Part shown: piece after piece, positions 31,169 through 40,245 of the stretch | How positions within the stretch are numbered: the first letter of the stretch is position 1 | How the letters are laid out: each line of letters begins with the position of its first letter | DNA from: Candidatus Sumerlaeales bacterium | Lineage (GTDB): Bacteria > Sumerlaeota > Sumerlaeia > Sumerlaeales > Sumerlaeaceae | Assembly (NCBI GenBank): GCA_038243585.1 | Contig: JBBSQY010000004.1 | Location: 50,171 to 114,170, forward strand | Length of the DNA: 64,000 bases | Direction: 5' to 3' | The notes under the pieces: generated by a model | What the model saw: only the letters and a program-made list of their open reading frames with translations | The model's database searches: none | What the model was told of the DNA's origin: nothing | Made by a program: the position numbers and the translations under genes

Positions 31169-31900
31169 ATGAGAACAACCATGCCGAGACCAAAACTAAA
31201 ATATTTCATACAGTGCGACAGCGTTCAGAACGACAATGGCAAGTTTAGCGCTGTTGGCATTTTCGACACGATATTTTCATTTATTTTTCCGGCGAACCAT
31301 AAGCAGTTTTATCTGTTGGCAGGTTTCAGCGGTGAACCGGGTAGCCATCGTTTGGAACTCCAGGTTAGTGGACCAGATGGGCGCGTTCTCGGCAACACCA
31401 CCGGGGATTTAAAGCTGGATAATGCCGACAATGTTGCAAACGTTGTTTTCGGATTTGAAAGTTTTCCGCTACCAGCGGAGGGTCGGTACACCCTTTCCCT
31501 CTTCATGGACGGCGACTTTGTAGTTGAACATGGTTTTACGGCAAGGCCGCCGTTCCCGCGCCGCGCCCGCACGCCTGCGGAGATTACCGCGTTACTGGCC
31601 CAGCAGGATGTTATCCGCAGCGCAAACGCTGACGTGCAGTGCCAGCGGTGCCGCGCCGCTTATAAATTCCAGCTCCAGCTCGACCCCAAGGCGGCCGTAG
31701 ACACTGGCTATGCGCCGTTGCCGCCCGGTAAAACCTTTCTTTGCGGCCAGTGCGGAAATGAAATCCCGCTCGTCCAGGTTCGGCAAAATCTGGAAAATAT
31801 CGTAGGCATACCGCGCCAGTGGTTGTCACCTCAGTCCGATGTGCCTACTGCCAATGTTGTAGAGCACCCCGCCAGCATTCCTGACTCAGAGAAAAATTGA
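31169..31900 (+). CDS. Hypothetical protein: DUF6941-like N-domain plus CxxC...CxxC zinc ribbon
   Basis: CD.V...NGK.S.VGIFD...G.Y...L..DG N-terminal region; CQRC and CGQC. Overlaps the hemL start. Confidence 0.6.
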   Translation: MRTTMPRPKLKYFIQCDSVQNDNGKFSAVGIFDTIFSFIFPANHKQFYLLAGFSGEPGSHRLELQVSGPDGRVLGNTTGDLKLDNADNVANVVFGFESFPLPAEGRYTLSLFMDGDFVVEHGFTARPPFPRRARTPAEITALLAQQDVIRSANADVQCQRCRAAYKFQLQLDPKAAVDTGYAPLPPGKTFLCGQCGNEIPLVQVRQNLENIVGIPRQWLSPQSDVPTANVVEHPASIPDSEKN

Positions 31901-33195
31901 GCAGAAAGCCTCGAACCGCATCCCAAGTCCTATTTGAAAGAGCCGTCAACTGCCTTCCTGGCGGCGTCAACAGTCCCGTTCGGGCCTTTAAGTCCGTAGG
32001 CGGTACCCCGCCATTTATGTCACGGGGGCGCGACGCACAAATCTGGGACGTAGACGGCAATTGCTATATCGACTACGTCATGTCCTACGGACCATTGCTG
32101 TTTGGACACGCGCCAGGTTTCGTAACGAAAGCTATTAAGGCCGCGGCGGAAAATGGGAGCGTCTTCGGTGCGCCCACAGTTGCCGAAGTGGAAATTGCCG
32201 AGCTCGTCACTCGCATGGTTCCCTCTGTGGAAATGATCCGATTCGTCAATAGCGGCAGCGAAGCGACAACCTCCGCCGTTCGCCTGGCACGAGGAGCGAC
32301 TGGTCGCCGAAAAATCATTAAATGCGCCGGCTGCTTTCACGGAAGTGTGGATTCGCTCCTGGTCGAAGCCGGCAGCGGAGTTGCCACGCTAGGGGTTCCC
32401 GGTACCGCTGGAGTTTCTCCCGCGTTGGCCGCGGAAACGATTGTGGTGGAATACAATGACGTGAGGCAGCTCGAACAGGCTTTTGTTCTGCATGGACACG
32501 ATGTCGCCGCGTTCATTATAGAGCCTGTAGCAGCCAACATGGGGCTGGTACCGCCAGTTCCCGGCTATCTGGAGGCGGCGCGAGAACTCACCCTGCGCCA
32601 CGGCGCAATTCTCATTTTCGATGAAGTCATATCCGGGTTTCGGATGAGCGCAGGCGGAGCGCAGGAGCTGCTTGGGGTCCGCCCCGATCTCACCTGTTTC
32701 GGTAAGATCATAGGCGGCGGCGTACCGTGCGGGGCTTATGGTGGCAAACGCGACCTAATGGAACAACTGGCACCCGTTGGGCCGGTATACCAGGCCGGCA
32801 CTCTCTCCGGAAACCCCCTCGCCATGAACGCAGGCCTAGTCGTGTTGAAAGAAATTGAGCGGCAGGGGCAATCCCTGTATGCTCATCTGGATGCCCTGGG
32901 GCAGCGCCTGGAGGATGGCTTGGTTAGCCAGTTTGCCAACGCGAACGTAAATGTCCAAATTCAGCGGATAGGGTCCATACTCACGCCATTTTTTACCAGT
33001 AACCCGGTTCTCAATTACAACGATGCCAAATCCTGCGACTCGTCACGTTTTCGCACTTTCTTTCATGGCCTGTTAGATAACGGCATTTATATCGCCCCCA
33101 GTCAGTACGAAGGGTGGTTCATCTCCACGGCGCATACGGAGGAAACAATAGATCAAACAATAGAAACCGTGGGCCGGGTGTTGAAAGCGCAGTAA
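31897..33195 (+). CDS. hemL: Glutamate-1-semialdehyde 2,1-aminomutase
   Basis: PGGVNSPVRAF, IFDEV, GKIIGGG (PLP lysine) and YQAGTLSGNPLAM. Confidence 0.96.
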   Translation: MSRKPRTASQVLFERAVNCLPGGVNSPVRAFKSVGGTPPFMSRGRDAQIWDVDGNCYIDYVMSYGPLLFGHAPGFVTKAIKAAAENGSVFGAPTVAEVEIAELVTRMVPSVEMIRFVNSGSEATTSAVRLARGATGRRKIIKCAGCFHGSVDSLLVEAGSGVATLGVPGTAGVSPALAAETIVVEYNDVRQLEQAFVLHGHDVAAFIIEPVAANMGLVPPVPGYLEAARELTLRHGAILIFDEVISGFRMSAGGAQELLGVRPDLTCFGKIIGGGVPCGAYGGKRDLMEQLAPVGPVYQAGTLSGNPLAMNAGLVVLKEIERQGQSLYAHLDALGQRLEDGLVSQFANANVNVQIQRIGSILTPFFTSNPVLNYNDAKSCDSSRFRTFFHGLLDNGIYIAPSQYEGWFISTAHTEETIDQTIETVGRVLKAQ

Positions 33196-33236
33196 TCTAG
33201 CCCTCGCCGCGTATGTTTATCCCACAAATATTCCCG

Positions 33237-34187
33237 CTACCGAAGTAGATTCTGGATCGTCGCCAACCCGCCCCCCCGTGTTTCGGCTGCGTCTTCAGAG
33301 CCTTGATATGGTACATCTGCGAATGCAGCCACATCAAGCGGCTGCATTTCAGCTTGTTCCACAAGCGAAGGGGCTTGTCGCACAGCCTCTTCCATCGTTG
33401 TACGCTCCATAAACAGGTTGCCCAGCAATTGTCTACGGATCGTCTGGCCGTCGTCATCAATCCACATCAGCGTCTTAATGTCGCCCACAGAACTTTCCAC
33501 CCGGAAAGCCTGCAGTTCTTTGCCGTTAATCACAATGGTTTCTTTATCCTGGATCTCAACCGTGAGTGTTCCCCTGTTAATCCCGGTTAGAGGATCGATA
33601 ATAGGTGCCGACATCCGGCTTCCTTCCCGGATTTCCATCTGGCGGCTTAAAAGTGGTCGTAACGCCTCTGCCAGGCTTATGGAGTTTTTTAATGCAACTT
33701 TGGTTCGGTTTATCTTGTCCCCGTTAACGACGGCTACATTAAGAGTATTGCCGCTAACCAGTCCGGTACTGCTGAGGTTTAACGGGCCTAGTCTGGTTTC
33801 TCCATGAAACGCGCTGAGATTCAAATCGGTGTTGATATCGGCCACGACTTTAACAGTTGCCTTCGGTAAAAGTGGAGCGAGCTTACCTTCCAGATTAAAG
33901 TGAGCGCGGTAAGTAGCGTTTGTGGTGATTTCATCAGACTTTCGGATGGTTGTTGCCGTGGCACCTACCGGGGTGCTTTTTTCCCCCTTGTCTTCGATAC
34001 TCACGATGAGCATATACTCCTCCACATCCTGCCATCGCGGAACGACCTTAACAGAACCTAAAAGAGATTCAGTTGTAAACGCAGGCGGAGCCGACCGTTC
34101 GAAATAATACGTTTTAAGAAGGTATCCCATTGTCAAAAGCCAGGCCATCACAATGGTCGATCCTGCTATAAGAGATCTTCGGGTCAA
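33237..34187 (-). CDS. Hypothetical membrane-anchored protein
   Basis: 316-aa ORF filling the gap, with an N-terminal TM/signal helix and a beta-rich body. No catalytic motif recognised. Confidence 0.65.
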   Translation of the reverse strand: MTRRSLIAGSTIVMAWLLTMGYLLKTYYFERSAPPAFTTESLLGSVKVVPRWQDVEEYMLIVSIEDKGEKSTPVGATATTIRKSDEITTNATYRAHFNLEGKLAPLLPKATVKVVADINTDLNLSAFHGETRLGPLNLSSTGLVSGNTLNVAVVNGDKINRTKVALKNSISLAEALRPLLSRQMEIREGSRMSAPIIDPLTGINRGTLTVEIQDKETIVINGKELQAFRVESSVGDIKTLMWIDDDGQTIRRQLLGNLFMERTTMEEAVRQAPSLVEQAEMQPLDVAAFADVPYQGSEDAAETRGGGLATIQNLLR

Positions 34188-34247
34188 AAGTGGCTCCTTC
34201 TAAAAATAACTGCCTGGGTAACGGCGAAATGAGATTCGCGAACTTCT

Positions 34248-34841
34248 ATGGAAAAGTCTCTGTCTGAAAAAAAGGCGCTGCTGCGGGAACATTACCGCGG
34301 AGTGCGTTCTTCTATTAAAGAAACCAATCGCCTAATGTGGGACAAGGCAATCATGGCCTCGTTAATGTCACTGCCGCGCGTCATAACTGCGGATGTGGTG
34401 TTCTCTTATCTATCCCGATCCGGAGAAGTATCCACGCTCTCCATTATCGATGCGATGCTGGGGCAGAAGAAACTTGTGTTAACGCCGTCACCGGATATTC
34501 GAGCATTGCCCCGGGATGGGTTTTTTGAAGTATCCGATCGCGCTCATGCCGAGGAAGCCTTTATCCCGAAACCTTCCATGGAAAAGCGAGCAGAAGCTAT
34601 CGACGTGATTCTCGTGCCGGGCATCGTGTGGGACAAAGCGGGCTACCGGGTAGGCTTCGGGGGCGGATACTTCGATAGACTGCTTTCCACGGCACGACCA
34701 GACTGCCTGAAGATAGGCCTCGCCTACGAATGCCAGATGGAGAAAGATGTGCCGCTAGAGCACTGGGATCAACAAACGGACCTGGTGATAACAGAAAGCC
34801 ACGTATACGACATCAAGTCTCCAACAAGCCCGCTGAAATAA
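34248..34841 (+). CDS. 5-formyltetrahydrofolate cyclo-ligase
   Basis: K..LR, D.ILVPG..WD..GYR.G.GGGYFDR and VP.E.WD...D.VITE. Confidence 0.92.
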   Translation: MEKSLSEKKALLREHYRGVRSSIKETNRLMWDKAIMASLMSLPRVITADVVFSYLSRSGEVSTLSIIDAMLGQKKLVLTPSPDIRALPRDGFFEVSDRAHAEEAFIPKPSMEKRAEAIDVILVPGIVWDKAGYRVGFGGGYFDRLLSTARPDCLKIGLAYECQMEKDVPLEHWDQQTDLVITESHVYDIKSPTSPLK

Positions 34842-35000
34842 GGTCTCGGCTGCTCTACGGCACATTCAGCACCAAGGGCTCATCCCCGATCAATCATGTA
34901 GGTATGCCATTTGTGTACATGATGTGCTATAGGTACAAGGTGAAGTTCATTATTACCGAACGCAGTGCATCGCTACGAATTTTAGAAAAGAGAAAATCGG

Positions 35001-36047
35001 ATGATACAATCCAAGGGTTATGGGGCAGTAAGCGCAGATGCGGAGGTGGCAGGCCTGGAGTTTTCCCGCCGGGAGCCAGATGCGCGAGACGTGGTGCTGG
35101 AAATCCTGTTTTGCGGGGTGTGTCATTCCGATCTCCACCAGGTGCGAAACGACTGGGGAGGTTCAACGTATCCCATAGTCCCCGGCCATGAAATTGTCGG
35201 CCGGGTAGTTAAGGTGGGCGCAGAGGTGACGAGTTTCTCGGTGGGGGATATGGCCGCCATAGGTTGCATGGTAGATTCCTGCAGAGAGTGTTCAAGCTGT
35301 CAGGACGGACTGGAGCAATATTGTGAGAACGCCCCGACGTTTACCTACAACAGCCCGGATCGTAAGGGGCCTGGAACTACAATGGGCGGGTATTCTAACA
35401 ACATAGTTGCGGATGAGGCATTTGTGCTGAAGGTGCCGGCAGGGCTGGACCTGGCGGGGACTGCACCGCTACTATGTGCAGGAATCACCACTTACTCTCC
35501 GCTGAAGCACTGGAAGGTGGGACCGGGGCAAAAAGTGGGCGTGGTAGGCTTGGGCGGACTGGGCCACATGGCACTGAAATTGGCAAAAGCCTTTGGCGCA
35601 GAGGTGGTCCTGTTTACTACATCACCTGACAAAAAGGATGATGCACTAGCTCTAGGGGCCAGTGACGTGGTGATATCGAGAGACTCCGATGCAATGGCTG
35701 CGCAAATGCGCACCTTTGATTTTATACTCAACACAGTATCCGCGAAACACGATATAAACCCGTATCTCAACCTGCTAAAGCGAGACGGTGCCATGGTTCT
35801 AGTCGGGCTGCCCAGCGAACCGTTACCGGTTGGCGTATTCAGCCTGGCTGCCCAGCGGAGAACACTGGCAGGGTCCAATATCGGCGGGATTGCAGAAACG
35901 CAGGAAATGCTGGATTATTGCGCGGAGCATAAGATCGTTTCTGATGTGGAAGTCATAAAAATCGACTACATTAATACAGCCTTTGAGCGGATGGTGAAGG
36001 GTGACGTAAAGTATCGATTTGTTATCGATATGGCATCGCTCAAATAA
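35001..36047 (+). CDS. NAD(P)-dependent zinc alcohol dehydrogenase (cinnamyl-ADH type)
   Basis: CGVCHSD, PGHE, C..C..C.......C, LCAGITTYSPL, GLGGLG and YRFVID. Confidence 0.95.
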   Translation: MIQSKGYGAVSADAEVAGLEFSRREPDARDVVLEILFCGVCHSDLHQVRNDWGGSTYPIVPGHEIVGRVVKVGAEVTSFSVGDMAAIGCMVDSCRECSSCQDGLEQYCENAPTFTYNSPDRKGPGTTMGGYSNNIVADEAFVLKVPAGLDLAGTAPLLCAGITTYSPLKHWKVGPGQKVGVVGLGGLGHMALKLAKAFGAEVVLFTTSPDKKDDALALGASDVVISRDSDAMAAQMRTFDFILNTVSAKHDINPYLNLLKRDGAMVLVGLPSEPLPVGVFSLAAQRRTLAGSNIGGIAETQEMLDYCAEHKIVSDVEVIKIDYINTAFERMVKGDVKYRFVIDMASLK

Positions 36048-36074
36048 GCGATTCGTTATGCCAGAGACAAAAAT

Positions 36075-36261
36075 GTAGGATGGGCATTCCTGCCCGTCTC
36101 AGTTGGCTCCGGCAAAACAGCCCGCTGCCAAATTTGAAAAACTGCCAAGCCGGTAATCATCATCCTTAAAACTAAAAACACTTGCTCCATATCCACCATT
36201 CCAGCAGGAGCGCACCACCGCGCATCGCAGCTGCGGAGACGGGCAGTAATGCCCATCCTAC
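36075..36261. repeat. Inverted pair of GTAG-type REP sequences (REPIN-like)
   Basis: GTAGGATGGGCATTCCTGCCCGTCTC (36075-36100) and its reverse complement with 1 mismatch (36236-36261). Each copy has an internal hairpin; spacer 135 bp. Confidence 0.8.
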
Positions 36262-36387
36262 TCTCTCAGCAGCGCTGCCGACCAGTCGCTTAAGGCAAAT
36301 TCGAATGTTGTCCATAATACTGTTTGACGCTGTTTTTTTGCACAATATTACTCGTGTCTACCTAATCAAGAAAAAGTGAGGGATTCA

Positions 36388-37875
36388 ATGACCACGCTCA
36401 AAGCACTGTCATCCCGGATTGCCGTATTTATCTCGGCGTCCGTTTTTGTATTGGCGCCCACGACGCCGGCAATGGCGCAAACGACAGGCACTGCAGCCAC
36501 ATCAAAAAAGCCAAACGTCGTCATGATCTTTACCGATGACCTGGGTTATGCAGATATATCCAGCTTTGCTGAAACACCATTGAAGGTGAAGACTCCAAAT
36601 ATCGACCGGCTTTCGAAAGAAGGCATGAAGTTTACCCAGTTTTACGTAAACAGCCCTATATGTTCGCCGTCCAGAGCCGCGGTATTAAGCGGTATGTTTC
36701 CTCCAAAGACAGGGATTACAAGCTATCTGCAGCAGCGCGAGGGTAATAATAATGCTGACCAGAACGATTACATGGATCCAGCAATGTCCTACCTGCCGAA
36801 GTCGTTTAAGGCGGCCGGGTATGCCACCGTTCATGTCGGCAAGTGGCATCTGGGCGGCGGCCGGGATGTAGACAATGCACCCTCCATTGGTAAATACGGG
36901 TATGACGAATTCTACAGTACCTGGGAAAGCCCCGATCGGGATCCAAAACTTGGCACAAACTACGCCCCCTGGGATAAGCGTAAAGATCCCGAGCAGGTAG
37001 ACCGTTGGGACCGTACCCGCCAGATGGTGGATAGAACTCTGGACTTTATGAAGCGTAACGAAGATAAACCGACCTTTGTTACTTTGTGGCCGGATGACTT
37101 GCACACGCCGTTCTGGCCAAGCCCTGAAATGGTAACCAAGTATGGCGGCGAGGCGTACGCGTTTGAACCCATAGAAAATTTTTACGGTGTTCTGGAAGAG
37201 TATGACCGACAGATCGGACGTTTGCTGGACGGATTGAAGGCGGAAGGAATGGAAGATAATACTATCATTTTCTTTACCGGGGACAACGGTCCGGCACCGC
37301 ATTATGATCATACGCGAACAGACGGAATGCGCGGCATGAAAATCAGCCTGTTCGAGGGAGGAATACGTCAGCCGTTTGTAATCCGCTGGCCCGGACACAT
37401 CCCGGCAGGCACGGAAAATAACGACACTGTTATGACGGGGATGGATCTGCTGCCGACTCTTACCTCCTTAGCCAAAATACCCGCAATGCCCGAAAGCGCC
37501 GGCAAAGTGGACGGAGAAGATCTCTCTCAGGCAATGCTCGGAACCCCTGTAATGCGTGAAGGGGCCATATTCTGGGAGCACGGGCGCCGCGACGCTCAAG
37601 GAGAGCCGCGGCAAGGAATTCCGTTGGCTAAAGGCGAGAATCGCAGCCCTAATCTCTGCATACGCGTTGGCGACATGAAACTAATGGTGAACGATGATGG
37701 AACCAGTGCCATGTTGTTTAATGTCCGCAAGGATCCGAAGGAAACGACAGACCTGTCTAAACAGGACAGCGAGACCGTGAACGAGATGGCGAAAAAAGTT
37801 ATCGATTGGAGCAATACGCTCCCGCATCGCACGCAGCCATACCCGGTGAAGAACGGGTCAGTTACTAGTAACTAA
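36388..37875 (+). CDS. Secreted formylglycine-dependent (S1) sulfatase
   Basis: Signal peptide; PNVV...DDLG, CSPSR (CxPxR), GKWHLG, DNG and K.SLFEGG.R.P. Confidence 0.93.
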   Translation: MTTLKALSSRIAVFISASVFVLAPTTPAMAQTTGTAATSKKPNVVMIFTDDLGYADISSFAETPLKVKTPNIDRLSKEGMKFTQFYVNSPICSPSRAAVLSGMFPPKTGITSYLQQREGNNNADQNDYMDPAMSYLPKSFKAAGYATVHVGKWHLGGGRDVDNAPSIGKYGYDEFYSTWESPDRDPKLGTNYAPWDKRKDPEQVDRWDRTRQMVDRTLDFMKRNEDKPTFVTLWPDDLHTPFWPSPEMVTKYGGEAYAFEPIENFYGVLEEYDRQIGRLLDGLKAEGMEDNTIIFFTGDNGPAPHYDHTRTDGMRGMKISLFEGGIRQPFVIRWPGHIPAGTENNDTVMTGMDLLPTLTSLAKIPAMPESAGKVDGEDLSQAMLGTPVMREGAIFWEHGRRDAQGEPRQGIPLAKGENRSPNLCIRVGDMKLMVNDDGTSAMLFNVRKDPKETTDLSKQDSETVNEMAKKVIDWSNTLPHRTQPYPVKNGSVTSN

Positions 37876-37878
37876 GAG

Positions 37879-37915
37879 CAGCGCCAGTTTTCAAGCATTT
37901 TGAAAACTGGCGCTG
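37879..37915. terminator. Perfect 16-bp hairpin after the sulfatase
   Basis: CAGCGCCAGTTTTCAA-GCATT-TTGAAAACTGGCGCTG. Confidence 0.65.
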
Positions 37916-38050
37916 TCAAATTGCAAGTTTTCTATAGCTGGAATTTCGAGAGTATTAGGTAACATATAGCACCACTTCTTATAAGTGCCCCTTTAAGTTA
38001 GATATAACTTTACGACACCATCGTTAATCAGAATTGTGCATCTGCCCCTA

Positions 38051-40156
38051 ATGAGCCTTAAATCAGGTAATAAGTTTAACATTTGGCCGTTCCTTCCCTG
38101 GCTATTATTTGTCGCAGGACTTTCATTTACGCTTTTCGCCGCGCGTTACGTGTGGGTCGCTGGAGAGGCCGAAGATCGCCAGCGTTTTCAAAAAGCGACA
38201 ATGGAAATTGCAAATGCCGTCAAGTCAATGATGGAGGTGCATGAGGCGGTCTTACGGGGCACTGCCGGCTTTTTTGGAGCTAATGAGAGCGTCAGTCCTG
38301 AACAATTTCGCAAATATGTGGGACGTCTGCTACTTCGAAAATATTATCCAGGCGTGCAGCAACTCGGATTTATAGAAAGACAATATCCGGATAAGCCGTA
38401 TGAACCGACTTTGTTATTGCACACCAGTCCGGATGGTACGTTGCCAGCCACTTCTGCATCCGTTGTAAGTGTCAAGTTTCTGGAGCCTGTGGGTCGCAAC
38501 TTGGTTTCGTTGGACGCGCTGATCAACACCACGCCTGCGATGCGAGCCGCAATGCAAAGTGCGGGGGATAATGGAATTCCCGTCGTCGCTGCGCCTGTTG
38601 CGCTGAGCCATGGTGTTTTAGATCCCAAACAACTTGAAGTAGTCATGTTTATCCCGGTATATAAAAATGGTGGAATCCCTGCGTCACAGGCTGCTCGCCG
38701 GAGCACTCTGTTAGGATTTACCGTAGCCCTTTCACCTTCACGCGATCTCTTTAAGGCTATGCTTAAAGGACTACCTCCTACTTCAATTAAGCTCCGTGCC
38801 ACCGATACGACTTTTGATAAACCCGTTTTTCTGTTTGAGACCGATAGCGAATCTATTGCCGACGGTAACAATAACTCCCGCTTTACGGATGTGCGCAACA
38901 CCGCCATAAGAGGGCGCAATTGGAGGCTGGAATTTTTCTCCCCATACAATTACGGATCGTCGTATCTTAAGGGAGCGTTTCCGGCAACCGCCGTAGCCGG
39001 CACTATATTTAGCTTCCTGATTTTGATGTTCGGATTAGGGCAGGTGCGCGCTCGTCAGCATGCGGAAGAGGCAATCGGACAGCTGAGAACCTCCGAACAT
39101 GAACTCCAGGAGGCCAGCACTGTTCTGGAATGGAAAGTAGCAGAACGTACGAACACGCTCGAACGTACAATTAGCGATCAGGCGCTGATGAAGGAATTTA
39201 CGGACCAGCTACAAGCCTGCTTTACCATTGAAGAAGCTGGCAGTGCCATTCAGCATTTTTCAGCAAAGCTGTTCCCTGGGTGGTCCGGGTCCATGACCCT
39301 GCTTCGATCGTCGAAGAACCTCATCGAAGTCATCAGCCGCTGGGGTGAGGATGCCACCGGGCAGTCCATGTTCGCGCCCGACGATTGCTGGGCCCTGCGG
39401 AGAGGCCGTCCTCATCATGTGGAAGACGGTGGTTCCGGAGTAGCGTGTTCTCACTTCGAAGATTTTTCAGGCATGGAATCTCTGTGTGTGCCGATGCTGG
39501 CCCAGGGAGACACCATCGGGACTTTGCATCTGTGTCGCAGGGTAAATGATCATCGGATGGATGGCGAAAGGCAGTTGGCTGTAATAGTAGCTGAGCATGT
39601 CGGTCTGGTGCTGGCCAACATTAAACTGCGCGAAGTGCTGCGTGCCCAGTCTGTTCGTGATCCGCTGACAAACCTGTTTAATCGCCGCTACATGGAGGCA
39701 TCCATAGAACGCGAGCTCGCGCGGTGCATTCGCAACTCCTGTCCGCTCTCAGTCATGATGCTCGATCTGGATCACTTCAAAAAATTTAACGACACCTACG
39801 GGCACGAAGTGGGGGATGAGATACTACGGCGTCTTAGTCATATCCTTCAAACCTCCGTTCGAAGCGAAGACATTGCATGTCGGTATGGCGGAGAAGAATT
39901 TCTTATTATAATGCCGGATGCCACTTTACAGGAAGCTCTCGAACGGGCGGAGAACATTCGTGTAAACGTGGCCGATACGGAAATCCGGCACCGGAACGAA
40001 ATATACAAAGATCTGACAATATCCATTGGTGTCGCCTCTTATCCAGACCACGGTATGGACGCGACTTCGCTGGTCCGCAAAGCGGATACAGCCCTTTATC
40101 AGGCGAAAGCTGAGGGGCGAAACAAAGTGAAGCAGTTTGATGAGGGAAAAGCGTAG
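38051..40156 (+). CDS. Diguanylate cyclase with CHASE and GAF domains
   Basis: TM-CHASE (YPGVQ.LG, P.Y..G, R.W.L)-TM; GAF (CWALRRG, CVPM.AQG...G.L); DPLT.LFNRR, DLDHFK.FND.YGH, RSED I-site and GGEEF. Confidence 0.92.
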   Translation: MSLKSGNKFNIWPFLPWLLFVAGLSFTLFAARYVWVAGEAEDRQRFQKATMEIANAVKSMMEVHEAVLRGTAGFFGANESVSPEQFRKYVGRLLLRKYYPGVQQLGFIERQYPDKPYEPTLLLHTSPDGTLPATSASVVSVKFLEPVGRNLVSLDALINTTPAMRAAMQSAGDNGIPVVAAPVALSHGVLDPKQLEVVMFIPVYKNGGIPASQAARRSTLLGFTVALSPSRDLFKAMLKGLPPTSIKLRATDTTFDKPVFLFETDSESIADGNNNSRFTDVRNTAIRGRNWRLEFFSPYNYGSSYLKGAFPATAVAGTIFSFLILMFGLGQVRARQHAEEAIGQLRTSEHELQEASTVLEWKVAERTNTLERTISDQALMKEFTDQLQACFTIEEAGSAIQHFSAKLFPGWSGSMTLLRSSKNLIEVISRWGEDATGQSMFAPDDCWALRRGRPHHVEDGGSGVACSHFEDFSGMESLCVPMLAQGDTIGTLHLCRRVNDHRMDGERQLAVIVAEHVGLVLANIKLREVLRAQSVRDPLTNLFNRRYMEASIERELARCIRNSCPLSVMMLDLDHFKKFNDTYGHEVGDEILRRLSHILQTSVRSEDIACRYGGEEFLIIMPDATLQEALERAENIRVNVADTEIRHRNEIYKDLTISIGVASYPDHGMDATSLVRKADTALYQAKAEGRNKVKQFDEGKA

Positions 40157-40245
40157 TCTGCAGCCAATCACCAAGCTGCAATCTCAATCCTGCGGCTCCC
40201 GATTGACCGTTATGAAAAAAAGTTTCTTCAATAACCCTGCCATGG

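Noticed and set aside
34188..34247. 6S RNA, often upstream of 5-formyl-THF cyclo-ligase
   Set aside because: The gap is 60 nt and divergent, too short.
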